From the NCBI GenBank assembly GCA_042217545.1, contig JBDGSM010000015.1, positions 1 to 15,190 on the forward strand: a DNA stretch of 15,190 bases. Direction: 5' to 3'. This document shows, one piece after another, positions 1 to 8,287 of this stretch (the stretch's first letter is position 1; each line of letters starts with the position of its first letter). Both the position numbers and the translations under genes were made by a program. This DNA comes from Candidatus Nanohalobium sp. Lineage in GTDB: Archaea; Nanohalarchaeota; Nanosalinia; Nanosalinales; Nanosalinaceae. The notes beneath the pieces were generated by a model. The model saw nothing but the letters and a program-made list of their open reading frames with translations. It had not been told where the DNA came from and made no database searches.

Positions 1-55
1 GAACATCACCAAGATCGTCAAGAGGCTCGTTAAGCTTCTCTTCCTTACTCGACAT
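1..55 (-). CDS. 5' end of a gene running off the window (MSSKEEKLNEPLDDLGDV...), possibly a roadblock/LC7 (MglB-like) protein
   Basis: ATG at 55 preceded by AAAGGTGT; frame open to the window edge. The roadblock guess rests only on the helix pattern and the neighbouring MglA-like GTPase. Confidence 0.5.
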   Translation of the reverse strand, partial: MSSKEEKLNEPLDDLGDV

Positions 56-101
56 TGTCTACACCTTTAACTTCTCCTAACAGTTTTTTAAAGTACTCCA
101 T
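45..101 (-). CDS. Putative 18-aa micro-ORF MEYFKKLLGEVKGVDNVE
   Basis: SD AGGTGA directly after the upstream stop and 4 nt before ATG 101; its 3' end overlaps the next start at 55. Confidence 0.35.
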   Translation of the reverse strand: MEYFKKLLGEVKGVDNVE

Positions 102-111
102 TGTATCACCT

Positions 112-1281
112 TCAGGCATAATACCAGGAGTGCCTGGAAAGTATCTCTTCCATGAGGGTTTGAAGTGCTTCGTCAAGGCCTTCGTCGTGCTTTGCGTCGA
201 TTCCTACTGTCTTGATTCCAAGCTCGTCTTCGATCTCTTGAGGATCGAGAGCATCGTCCATGTTCTGGAAGTTTGCAAGGATGATGAACGGCAGGTCTTC
301 TGCCTCGAGATCCTTCTTCAGCTTTCTTACACGGTCGTAGTTAGGATCTCTTGAGTCCACTACGACGAAGCATCCGAAGATACTTCTTCCTAGGAAGTCA
401 AGCGCCCAGTCGAAACGTTTCTGACCAGGGGTACCGAACAGCTCGGCTTTCAAACCATTTCTCTCCACCTGTCCGTGGTCCAGTGAAACAGTGGTTCCCA
501 GTCGATCAACGGAAACGGCCTCCTGCGACATGTTCTGGACCGTGGTCGATTTACCGGCATCGTAAGGCCCTGTTACAAGCATCTTAGGCACGTACATCAT
601 CAGGCCTTCAGGCGTGATATCAAACGGAACCTTTGTGTCGATGTCGGGCTTCCTGACGTCTATGTATTTCAGTACGATTCCCGATCTTTCAAGGCCTTTT
701 AGGTGTATTACGTAGTCAAATATTTCTTTGAGTCTTTCGATGTCCTGACCGTCCCCTTCCTCGAATCCAAGGTTTGGAAGGAAGTAGTAGTTTACTGCCA
801 GAGTATCGTCTGCCACAGGACCTACTTCGTTGACGAAGTCCTCTACCTCATCCCACTGTCCTGCGAACGTGTCCAGGGAGTCCATCACATAGGTTGTACC
901 CCAGTCCTCGAGGTCTTTGAGGGCCTGTTTGGTCTTCTCCTTTGCCTCCTGTAGGTAGTCGGACCTGTCCTCTTTCAGATCTGTGTCGATCCTGTAGGCT
1001 TCCTCGGACGGCTTGTCAAGCGTCGAGGAGAAACCGTCTATTATCGCTGTATCTCCTTCAGCGCCCTCGGAATCGATCCTTTCTTTGATGTACTGCGGCA
1101 TCCTGTTGTTTACAAAGTAGACAAGATTGTCTCCTTCTCCAAGCCGGTAGTTAACCAGTGCAGAAGCAAACTTGGACTTGTCCACTGCCAGATCGGCAAG
1201 AAACAGAACGTTGGAGCCGTCTTCTACTCCTCCGTCCAGTGCCTCATTAAGTCTTTCCAGCGGCAGTTCTACCTTGGACAT
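112..1281 (-). CDS. Degenerate KaiC/RecA-like domain fused to a C-terminal MglA/CvnD-like small GTPase
   Basis: N-half: LNEALDGG..GSNVL, degenerate Walker A (ADLAVDKS), IIDGFS, YVMDSL, FDYVIHL. C-half: G1 GPYDAGKST, TTVSLDHG, FGTPGQKRF, G4-like ANFQN, G5-like DAK. Start ATG 1281 chosen from TATA spacing. Confidence 0.85.
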   Translation of the reverse strand: MSKVELPLERLNEALDGGVEDGSNVLFLADLAVDKSKFASALVNYRLGEGDNLVYFVNNRMPQYIKERIDSEGAEGDTAIIDGFSSTLDKPSEEAYRIDTDLKEDRSDYLQEAKEKTKQALKDLEDWGTTYVMDSLDTFAGQWDEVEDFVNEVGPVADDTLAVNYYFLPNLGFEEGDGQDIERLKEIFDYVIHLKGLERSGIVLKYIDVRKPDIDTKVPFDITPEGLMMYVPKMLVTGPYDAGKSTTVQNMSQEAVSVDRLGTTVSLDHGQVERNGLKAELFGTPGQKRFDWALDFLGRSIFGCFVVVDSRDPNYDRVRKLKKDLEAEDLPFIILANFQNMDDALDPQEIEDELGIKTVGIDAKHDEGLDEALQTLMEEILSRHSWYYA

Positions 1282-1303
1282 AATCAAAACTCATGTTCCC
1301 CGG

Positions 1304-1311
1304 TTTATAAA
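1304..1311 (-). promoter_or_regulatory. TATA box TTTATAAA for the KaiC-GTPase gene (likely leaderless mRNA)
   Basis: Consensus archaeal TATA box about 23 nt upstream of ATG 1281. Confidence 0.6.
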
Positions 1312-1418
1312 TCTACTTCAAAGTATTTGAAAAACCTTCCAACAACTTGAAAAGGCCTTCAGCAGGACAAAAACAGGTTTAACAGATCTTTGAGATCGAT
1401 AAAACTGTTTGAAGAAAT

Positions 1419-2111
1419 TTATCCGACGTTGATATCTCCTGAGTCGGTTACTTCGTAATCCATCCAGCCTCTACTTGTTTCAGTCTTGTCCATTCTCTGT
1501 ACGGAGATCTTCTGGTCGTCTCCATCCATCTTTGTCTTGATGACTCCGTCCGCTACGTGTTTTATGGTGTTGACTGTTTTATCATCGTGCATGCCGCCTT
1601 CTAGCGTGATAACGAAACATCCTCCCGAACTGGAGCTTTTTGCCCCGACTACCTGGAGGAATTTGACCGCGGACTTTGGATCTGTATAGAGCAGCAGTGT
1701 TGAGGCCGAGTGGATTGCCACACGTTTGGATTCGTTGCCCAGAGCGTTCAGGGCATCCGTAAATGTCATGTTCATCTGGTTAAGGTCTGAGAGGCCGTCA
1801 AGAGCGAACCTTTCGTCGCCGCCTCCTGCCTGCCAGGAATACCCGTCCACGAAGACGATCCTGTCATCGTATTCGGTGAAGTCCCATCCGTAGTACTGGG
1901 CATCGTCTTTTACGTCGTCAGGAGTTCCATCAAGTGTAACATACATTGATTCCTCTCCATTTTCAAGGCCCTGATACACGAACTTGTTAACCAGGGACTC
2001 CTTTGCAGTGCCGTCTGCACCCATTAAGATGATCGTGGAGTTTTCCGGGAAGCCTCCCTCAAGTGCATCGTCGAGGCCTTCGACTCCTGTGCTGACTCTA
2101 TTGTCGCCCAT
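1419..2111 (-). CDS. KaiC/RAD55-like RecA-superfamily protein, catalytically degenerate
   Basis: RVSTGVEGLDDALEGGFP start; Walker A GADGTAKE; Walker B VAIHS; VADGVI motif. Confidence 0.85.
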   Translation of the reverse strand: MGDNRVSTGVEGLDDALEGGFPENSTIILMGADGTAKESLVNKFVYQGLENGEESMYVTLDGTPDDVKDDAQYYGWDFTEYDDRIVFVDGYSWQAGGGDERFALDGLSDLNQMNMTFTDALNALGNESKRVAIHSASTLLLYTDPKSAVKFLQVVGAKSSSSGGCFVITLEGGMHDDKTVNTIKHVADGVIKTKMDGDDQKISVQRMDKTETSRGWMDYEVTDSGDINVG

Positions 2112-2213
2112 TATTGAGATACCTCTATACTGATATTCTGGCCAACTGTTTATAATATCTAACCTTCGGCGGAAAAACCAACTTTAATAGTTTGGACTGA
2201 CCATAGTATCAGT
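2112..2213. promoter_or_regulatory. Divergent promoter region
   Basis: TTTAATA at 2183-2189 (+), about 25 nt before ATG 2214; TTATAAA on the minus strand at 2149-2155; GAGGT SD-like site before ATG 2111. Confidence 0.55.
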
Positions 2214-2942
2214 ATGGTAGAAGTTCCGAGATGCAAGACCGGAATTCAAGGCCTTGACCAGATTCTGAAAGGCGGTATCCCCGAGGAGCATACTGTAGTG
2301 ATCAGCGGGACTTCAGGAGCCGGTAAGACGACTCTGACCACGCAGTTCCTTTATAATGGTGCCAAGAATCACGATGATAAAGGTATTTACTTCACGTTGG
2401 AGGAGCCTGCGAGGAATATCGTCGAGACCAGTAAAAACTTTGGTATGGATTTCGAGAACGATGAAGGTGTCGCAGGAAAGGTTAAGTTCCATGAAGAGCT
2501 GAACCTGATGCGTGAGGGCTCAGGAGGCGAAGTTTTCGAGCCCGACAGGTTTATAGAGGCCTTCAAGAGGCAGATCGAGGAGTTTGATCCTGATCGTGTC
2601 GTTCTTGACTCGATTACTAAGTTTGCGATGGTTTTCGACTCTTCGCCTTTGAGGAGGGAGAAAGTCTCGGAGATCGCCCAGTTCCTCAGGGAGCAGCAGT
2701 GTACAGCTGCTCTTCTGGCTGAGATACCTTATACAGGCGGTGAGAGGCAGGTTTCAAAGTACCAGATCGTGGAGTTCGTGGCTGACGGAGTCATCTTGCT
2801 GGGTAATGAGAGGACGGAGTCCTCCAGGACAAGGACGCTGGAAATCTTCAAGATGCGTAGAACAGATCACTCATCCGACATCCATCCGTTGAAGATCACG
2901 AGCAACGGTATAGTGACGTATCCAAACCAGACAGCTTTCTAG
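2214..2942 (+). CDS. Single-domain KaiC-like ATPase with intact motifs
   Basis: TGIQGLDQILKGGIP, Walker A GTSGAGKT, catalytic LEE, Walker B VVLDS, VADGVI, KMR. Confidence 0.9.
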   Translation: MVEVPRCKTGIQGLDQILKGGIPEEHTVVISGTSGAGKTTLTTQFLYNGAKNHDDKGIYFTLEEPARNIVETSKNFGMDFENDEGVAGKVKFHEELNLMREGSGGEVFEPDRFIEAFKRQIEEFDPDRVVLDSITKFAMVFDSSPLRREKVSEIAQFLREQQCTAALLAEIPYTGGERQVSKYQIVEFVADGVILLGNERTESSRTRTLEIFKMRRTDHSSDIHPLKITSNGIVTYPNQTAF

Positions 2943-3679
2943 GAGCCCGTGGATTCAAGGAGAGCACCTATCACGATACAGAGAGCGCCTATCCCAAACA
3001 GTTTTCCGAAATCCTTCCAGTGCGCCCAGTCAAAGTGCTCCCTGTATACAGCGGCCGACATAAGTGAACCCGAGACACCTGCCAGAATGAAACCGGTCAT
3101 CTCAAAAGTTGCGTGCGGAACATAAGCCAGCGGCGGCGCAGTACCTTTTGTACCGAGGAACGCAGCTGACAGACCGTCCGGAAGCTTGTGAAGAAGATTC
3201 GCCAGGAAGACTCCGAGTACGGAAGCGTTCCAGCTCAAGATAAAAGCCCCTGCAGAACCTGTCACGAACGAAACCAGAGTGATCGCCGCGAAGACACCGA
3301 TATTGTTCACCAGCAGGAATAGAAAGAAGTTAGGTGAAATAGCGGACCCAGAGATACCTGCTCTCAGAGCCTGTGCAGCGAAAAAGTCAGGCTTGAAGTA
3401 TCCAAGACCCAGGAAAGCAACTGCCTGGCCCAGGAAAAGTGCGAAATAACCTGCGATCTCAGGTATATGCGGCGCCCTATCCGCCTCATCGTCAAAGAAG
3501 AAACTTGTCAAAGGATACACAAGAGGAATAGCCGCGAAAATCACGATCAGCATATCGGCCTCCCGCGGATAAATCACCCCCGCGACAATGTAGGCTGCGA
3601 TCACCGAACAAACCCCGAGAAGAGCCAGCAACGGATAATTCCTGTGCTGCTCCTCACGCAGGATCAACTCCGGAAACAT
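2939..3679 (-). CDS. SpoIIM (DUF95)-like multi-pass membrane protein
   Basis: Several hydrophobic helices; NN...NASVLG...PHATFE pattern; stop overlaps the convergent KaiC stop (CTAG). Confidence 0.75.
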   Translation of the reverse strand: MFPELILREEQHRNYPLLALLGVCSVIAAYIVAGVIYPREADMLIVIFAAIPLVYPLTSFFFDDEADRAPHIPEIAGYFALFLGQAVAFLGLGYFKPDFFAAQALRAGISGSAISPNFFLFLLVNNIGVFAAITLVSFVTGSAGAFILSWNASVLGVFLANLLHKLPDGLSAAFLGTKGTAPPLAYVPHATFEMTGFILAGVSGSLMSAAVYREHFDWAHWKDFGKLFGIGALCIVIGALLESTGS

Positions 3680-3738
3680 AACAAGAAAGAAATTAGATAC
3701 AGTCCTTTATCAGGTTACAGGCCCCCCAGGAAAAACCC

Positions 3739-4848
3739 TCAGGGATTAATATCGAACTCGAAGTTCTCCTCGATATAGGCCTCGACCTCATCCTCAACGT
3801 CCTCACGCTTTCTCTGATGCTCTTTCAGAAACTCCTCCAGTCTATCCTTCGCGATCTGCTTCAATTCTCCTGAAAGCATCTCGCCGCTTTCATACTCCTC
3901 TCTGATCCTTGCCAGTTCTTCATCGTCCTCTACCAGGTGGTACGCCAGTAGTTCAAATACCATGTCCTCTTCGATATCCGCGCCTTTCTCCCTATGTTCC
4001 TCAAGAGAGTCCTGGCCGCCGGTCTTCGCCTGATCGATCTTCTTCTTAGCATCTTCGATACTGTCGGTCAACGCAATATAGCTCTTCGGATTACTGCTCG
4101 ACATCTTTCCGCCCTGAAGGCCTCTCATGAACTTGTTGTACGTTGAAGCAGGCTTGATGAAGTCCTGGTCCCTGTACTTGCTTGCGACGTCACGTGTCAA
4201 ACGGATATGAGGATCCTGGTCGACACCGACAGGCACTACAACAGGTTTAGGCCCTCCGTTCTCCGGAAACTGAGGCCTGAGAATATCCGCGTACTGAACC
4301 TGGGCTGCCGACATCTTTCCTGGTTCCGCGCTTCCGTAGGTTGCCTCCATCTCGTTCTGTGTAATATATCTTCCAAAAGTTGTAGCTCTCGCCAGGTGGT
4401 TGTTTCCCGCTTTAGACTGGAAGTAGAAATCTACGTTCTCCAGATCGATTCCGAGCGCTACATAGTTCTTCAGGTATTCCTCAACTACAAGTTCCCTGGC
4501 TTCTTCTAGCGACATGTCCCGCGTGTTGTAGGCCTCGATATCTGCTGCAGCTATAGTTACTTCTGCGCCCATCTCCTGGTACATCTTGATCTGGTCGACG
4601 ACGCATTTATGGCCGAAATGGAAGACTCCTGAAGGCATGATACCTGTCATCATCGCAAATTCTTCATCTTCCTCCTTCGCATCCAGGAAGTCGTCAAGGC
4701 CTCTGTGGCCGAAGATGATGCCTCTGCGGATGAACCTGTGATCCGGAAGTCTATCAGCTACTTCCGCGATCGGTTCGATTCCGAACTTCTCCATTTTCTC
4801 AGAGTAGTTTCCGACCTCTACATCGCCCCAGGGATCAATATCTGCCAT
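3739..4848 (-). CDS. trpS: Tryptophanyl-tRNA synthetase (archaeal type)
   Basis: DPW N-terminus, TGIMPSG..HFGH (HIGH), GVDQDPH, KMSSS. ATG 4848 is preceded by the SD GAGGTGA. Confidence 0.95.
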   Translation of the reverse strand: MADIDPWGDVEVGNYSEKMEKFGIEPIAEVADRLPDHRFIRRGIIFGHRGLDDFLDAKEEDEEFAMMTGIMPSGVFHFGHKCVVDQIKMYQEMGAEVTIAAADIEAYNTRDMSLEEARELVVEEYLKNYVALGIDLENVDFYFQSKAGNNHLARATTFGRYITQNEMEATYGSAEPGKMSAAQVQYADILRPQFPENGGPKPVVVPVGVDQDPHIRLTRDVASKYRDQDFIKPASTYNKFMRGLQGGKMSSSNPKSYIALTDSIEDAKKKIDQAKTGGQDSLEEHREKGADIEEDMVFELLAYHLVEDDEELARIREEYESGEMLSGELKQIAKDRLEEFLKEHQRKREDVEDEVEAYIEENFEFDINP

Positions 4849-4858
4849 ACTGAAAACT

Positions 4859-5629
4859 TCACCTCTCACCTTTTAATTCGTTTTCAGGTTTACGACCTCT
4901 GAAACCCAGGATCTCATCGTATCCATCCGTCGACATCAGAACCGGGTAAAAGGCCTCCTCCGCATTCAGTTCTTCATCCTCGTTCTCAGCGTACTTCTCA
5001 CCTTTCTCGACTTTCTCGAAGTTCTGGGCCAGGAACTCATAGTTTCCAGGCACAGCTTCGTACATCTCGAAGATCTCAGGCCTTTCCACAGGTTTCTCGC
5101 GGTCGATAGCGCCAAAGCAGGCCAGGAAGTTCAGTAATACTTCGTAGGCGTTTTCCTCAGCTTCCTCAGTGCCGACCTCGCCCACCTCAACAGAAACTGC
5201 GTCAAGATACTTCTCGACGCTGTCCTTATCAAGCGGGGCGACATCCACAGCTCTATCGACCCCGGGAGCGGTGACAAGATCTTCATCAACTGTATTGACG
5301 AGGCAGAAGGCCTCGTCGAACTCCGTCATGGAGTGTATAGTCAGCGATTTGAGGCCTTCAAGCTCCTCCATAAGTTTTGCGGCGAGTCTCTCCTCGTGGC
5401 TGTTGCTTTCAGGATCTCCGGGGAAGCAGCGGTTCAGATCAGTATCTATGAATCTTTCTCCCTGTTCCCTCGCTTCTTCGTTCGCCACTATGAACTTGAC
5501 AGGCTTCTCCAGCTTGAAATTGCCCTCCAGGAATCTTTCTACCGCTTTACTGCCGCAGACCTCGTCTCCGTGTACTGCTGCGACCACTGCTATCTCAGGT
5601 TCGCCAGGACCTTTCTCCACGACTCTCAA
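4859..5629 (-). CDS. Succinylglutamate desuccinylase/aspartoacylase (M14-like Zn hydrolase), paralogue 1
   Basis: HGDE, DLNRCFPG, IHS, SVEVG. TTG start with SD AGGAGGTGA overlaps the trpA stop. Confidence 0.85.
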   Translation of the reverse strand: MRVVEKGPGEPEIAVVAAVHGDEVCGSKAVERFLEGNFKLEKPVKFIVANEEAREQGERFIDTDLNRCFPGDPESNSHEERLAAKLMEELEGLKSLTIHSMTEFDEAFCLVNTVDEDLVTAPGVDRAVDVAPLDKDSVEKYLDAVSVEVGEVGTEEAEENAYEVLLNFLACFGAIDREKPVERPEIFEMYEAVPGNYEFLAQNFEKVEKGEKYAENEDEELNAEEAFYPVLMSTDGYDEILGFRGRKPENELKGER

Positions 5630-6390
5630 GACCTCTCACCTCCTACGGTTTCAGAGACCTCTGAAGCCAGTTCTTCGACTCCTTCAAGGCCTTCATCAGT
5701 GTATGCATCGATTATAGCGCTTCCCATGATGACGCCGTCCGCTCCTGCGTTCAGGGCTTTCTCTGCGTGTTCGGAGCTGGAGATCCCGAAACCTATGCAT
5801 CTTGGGACGTCGAGGCCTTCCGTTTTCTCCATCAGCTCCTCTGTCTTATCCGAGAAGCTGCTCCTTGCTCCTGTAGTTCCTTTGACTGCGACGATGTAGG
5901 CGAAGCCTTGGGTCAGCTCTCCTATCTCTTCTACACGTTCCTCTGGCGTGTTCTGTCCTATGAGGAAGATCTGGTTCACGTCCGTATCTAACTCGCCGAT
6001 CTCCTCCCCGTACATCTCAGGCGGCATGTCAGGAATGATGAGGCCGTTCACCCCTGCTTCTTCCGCAGCCTCAAAGAAGGCCTCGTATCCGTACCTCCTG
6101 ACTGTATTCGCATACGCAAGCAGAACAATGGGCGTGTCTGGGAACTCCGAGGCAACCTCCAGCACGTCGTCCGCAGTTATATCGTGTTCAAGGGCTTCCA
6201 TATCTGCTTCTGTTATCGTAGGGCCGTCAGCCATCGGATCGCTGAAAGGAACACCTAACTCGACGATATTAGCCCCGCTATCGACCAGAGTCTCTACTAT
6301 CTCCTTCGAGGTTTCTTTGTCCGGGTATCCTCCGACTGTGAAAGGCATGAAGGCCTCTCCATTTTCAAATACTTCTTCAATCGAAGTCAA
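5626..6390 (-). CDS. trpA: Tryptophan synthase alpha subunit
   Basis: [38 protein letters not shown] start with SD GGAGGTGG inside the trpB 3' end. Confidence 0.96.
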   Translation of the reverse strand: MTSIEEVFENGEAFMPFTVGGYPDKETSKEIVETLVDSGANIVELGVPFSDPMADGPTITEADMEALEHDITADDVLEVASEFPDTPIVLLAYANTVRRYGYEAFFEAAEEAGVNGLIIPDMPPEMYGEEIGELDTDVNQIFLIGQNTPEERVEEIGELTQGFAYIVAVKGTTGARSSFSDKTEELMEKTEGLDVPRCIGFGISSSEHAEKALNAGADGVIMGSAIIDAYTDEGLEGVEELASEVSETVGGERS

Positions 6391-7531
6391 GGCCTTCCAC
6401 CTCCGCTACAGTATGCATATCCTTGTCTCCACGGCCTGAGAGGTTTACAAGGATCTTGTCGTGTTCATCCGCCAGTTCCTTTGCGAGGGCGACTGCGTGA
6501 GCAGATTCCAGTGCCGGTATGATGCCCTCGGTTTCTGATAGATCGGTGAAGGCCTCCATCGCTGCTTTGTCGTTCACTGCGAAGTAATCTGCTCGTTCCA
6601 TCTCGCTGAGGACGGAGTGTTGCGGTCCTACTCCCGGGTAGTCGAGGCCTGCGGAGACCGATTCTGCTTCCTCTATATTTCCTGAGTCGTCCTGCAGGAA
6701 GTAGGATTTGAATCCCTGGAAGATTCCGACCTCTCCCTGCGATATGCTGGCTGCGTTTCCTTCTTCGTTGCCTCCGGCCTCTGCTCCATACATCGCGACT
6801 TCTTCGTCTTCTACGAATTCGTGGAAGAGGCCTATAGCGTTAGATCCTCCTCCAACACATGCGACAAGTGCATCCGGAAGCTCATCTTCTCTTTCGAGGA
6901 ACTGTTCGCGGGCTTCCTCTCCTATGACCTGCTGGAAGTATCTCACTATCTCCGGGAATGGATCAGGGCCTACTACACTTCCTATCAGGTAATGCGTGTC
7001 TTCGGAGTTCGCGACGTAGTCCTGTATTGCTGCGTTGACCGCATCCTTCAGGGTTTTCGCGCCCTGGTCGACAGGCTTAACTTCCGCACCGCATTTCTCT
7101 ATCCTGAGTGCGTTCATCTTCTGTCTTTCCACGTCTTTCCTGCCCATGTAGATCTCTACCTCCATATCGAAGTAGGCACCGACCATCGCTGTTGCGATAC
7201 CGTGCTGCCCAGCTCCTGTCTCTGCGATGAGTCGTTCCTTTCCCATCTTCTTCGCTAGCAAGGCCTGACCCAATGTATTGTTGATCTTGTGGGCGCCGCC
7301 GTGCAGAAGATCCTCTCTCTTCAGGTAGATCTCTGCTCCGTATCTTTCTGAGAGGTTTTCGGCCCTGTAGACTGAGGTAGGCCTTCCTGCGAACTCTTTC
7401 AGGTGTTTCTCGAACTCTTCTCTGAATTCCTCGCTGTTTCTGGCTTCCTCGAACTCTTCTTCCAGTTCTTCGAGTACCGGTACGAGTAGTTCTGGTACGT
7501 ATTTTCCGCCGAACTCTGTCATCTGTTCCAT
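6377..7531 (-). CDS. trpB: Tryptophan synthase beta subunit (TrpB1 type)
   Basis: [19 protein letters not shown] (PLP Lys), [26 protein letters not shown] 7531 preferred because SD AGGTGA overlaps the upstream TAG; GTG 7543 is an alternative start. Confidence 0.97.
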   Translation of the reverse strand: MEQMTEFGGKYVPELLVPVLEELEEEFEEARNSEEFREEFEKHLKEFAGRPTSVYRAENLSERYGAEIYLKREDLLHGGAHKINNTLGQALLAKKMGKERLIAETGAGQHGIATAMVGAYFDMEVEIYMGRKDVERQKMNALRIEKCGAEVKPVDQGAKTLKDAVNAAIQDYVANSEDTHYLIGSVVGPDPFPEIVRYFQQVIGEEAREQFLEREDELPDALVACVGGGSNAIGLFHEFVEDEEVAMYGAEAGGNEEGNAASISQGEVGIFQGFKSYFLQDDSGNIEEAESVSAGLDYPGVGPQHSVLSEMERADYFAVNDKAAMEAFTDLSETEGIIPALESAHAVALAKELADEHDKILVNLSGRGDKDMHTVAEVEGLDFD

Positions 7532-7543
7532 CTTTCCCTTCAC

Positions 7544-7924
7544 CTAGAACTGGTACATCCCAGGGTTTTGTTCCTGTTGGTTTCCTTCCAGCACCTGTTC
7601 AGCTTTCTCCACGAGACCCAGGTTCGAGGCCTGATCCTCAGCCACGGAAGGGAAGTTCTCCGCGTAGAACTCGTTGATAGCTTCCTCAGCGTGCTCCATC
7701 GCGAGGTAGATCTCGGACTCCTGCTCGTCAAGCATCTCCTCGTTCAGTTCCAGGTCTATGAACTCCTCATTCAGAACACCGTCGTAAGGAGCGACTTCAA
7801 CCGTTCCTATCTCCTGGTCGAGGCCTTCGTGGTAGAGAGAAAACTCCTTTGCCCCTTGATACTTTGGGCTTAAAGCTGTACTGTTATCTAGAGGTTTTGC
7901 GTGTATGTTTCCAAAAGCGTCCAC
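7544..7924 (-). CDS. Unknown acidic, Trp-free protein; probably the +1-frame part of a 141-aa product starting at ATG 7970
   Basis: Halophile-like composition; abuts trpB; annotated start is a GTG lying inside the repeated cassette; frame is +1 relative to leader 7884-7970. Confidence 0.7.
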   Translation of the reverse strand: MDAFGNIHAKPLDNSTALSPKYQGAKEFSLYHEGLDQEIGTVEVAPYDGVLNEEFIDLELNEEMLDEQESEIYLAMEHAEEAINEFYAENFPSVAEDQASNLGLVEKAEQVLEGNQQEQNPGMYQF

Positions 7925-7970
7925 CCTTCTGCAGGGATTCGGTCGTAGCGTGTTGTGTGTCGTAGCTCAT
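7884..7970 (-). CDS. Leader ORF L1, 28 aa: MSYDTQHATTESLQKGGRFWKHTRKTSR
   Basis: First ATG after the BRE/TATA at 8005-8018; single Trp codon in TTT-TGG; motif shared with L2 and L3. Confidence 0.65.
   Translation of the reverse strand: MSYDTQHATTESLQKGGRFWKHTRKTSR
7905..7931 (-). repeat. 27-bp direct repeat, copy 1 (CAGAAGGGTGGACGCTTTTGGAAACAT)
   Basis: 26/27 identical to 8231-8257; core also present at 13011-13029 (+). Confidence 0.95.
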
Positions 7971-8004
7971 ATCTTTCACGTATCCCAATAATACGCAGGA
8001 AAAT

Positions 8005-8018
8005 TTTAAATACCTTTC
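8005..8018 (-). promoter_or_regulatory. BRE/TATA (GAAAGG-TATTTAAA) for the trp unit
   Basis: Consensus-like archaeal promoter about 35 nt upstream of ATG 7970. Confidence 0.6.
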
Positions 8019-8182
8019 AGGCCTCAACAGAGGCTATAAGCGGCATAGATAGCTCTAGAGGTTTTAATTCTGGCAGAAATTCCTGAAAAAGATGTAGGTA
8101 GGCCTTTCAGTTGGTCAGCCATGAGAAATTTTTCACTGAAGCGATCTGGAGATAGGTACGGCTCAGGTGATATGTCTTCGCA

Positions 8183-8263
8183 TCAGGCCTTGGAGCCTGC
8201 TGCTCCTGCATCTCTTCCATGCGGAGAGAGATGTTTCCAAAAACGTCCACCCTTCTGAGCCAT
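8183..8263 (-). CDS. Leader ORF L2, 26 aa: MAQKGGRFWKHLSPHGRDAGAAGSKA (+1 frame open to TGA ending at 8107)
   Basis: ATG places the repeat in the same frame as in L1; the only repeat mismatch (CGT/CGC) is synonymous. Confidence 0.5.
   Translation of the reverse strand: MAQKGGRFWKHLSPHGRDAGAAGSKA
8231..8257 (-). repeat. 27-bp direct repeat, copy 2 (CAGAAGGGTGGACGTTTTTGGAAACAT)
   Basis: 26/27 identical to 7905-7931. Confidence 0.95.
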
Positions 8264-8287
8264 AAAAAGTTAGTAGGGGGTGAACTG

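Noticed and set aside
45..101. Frameshift at TTT AAA AAA joining the micro-ORF to the gene starting at 55
   Set aside because: The target frame has two TAG stops before ATG 55.
1419..2942. Circadian clock (kaiABC) or RadA/RadB call
   Set aside because: Single-domain proteins, no kaiA/kaiB in the window and no RadA N-terminal domain.
7905..8257. AAGGGTGGAC resembles the bacterial T-box antiterminator (AGGGUGGNACC) and lies before trp and synthetase genes
   Set aside because: It lacks the NACC, there is no room for a Stem I between the predicted promoter and the motif in L1 or L3, and variation follows codon positions. A covariance-model scan would settle it.
7905..8257. 27-bp repeat pair as a CRISPR array
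   Set aside because: Only two copies about 300 bp apart, and no cas genes in the window.
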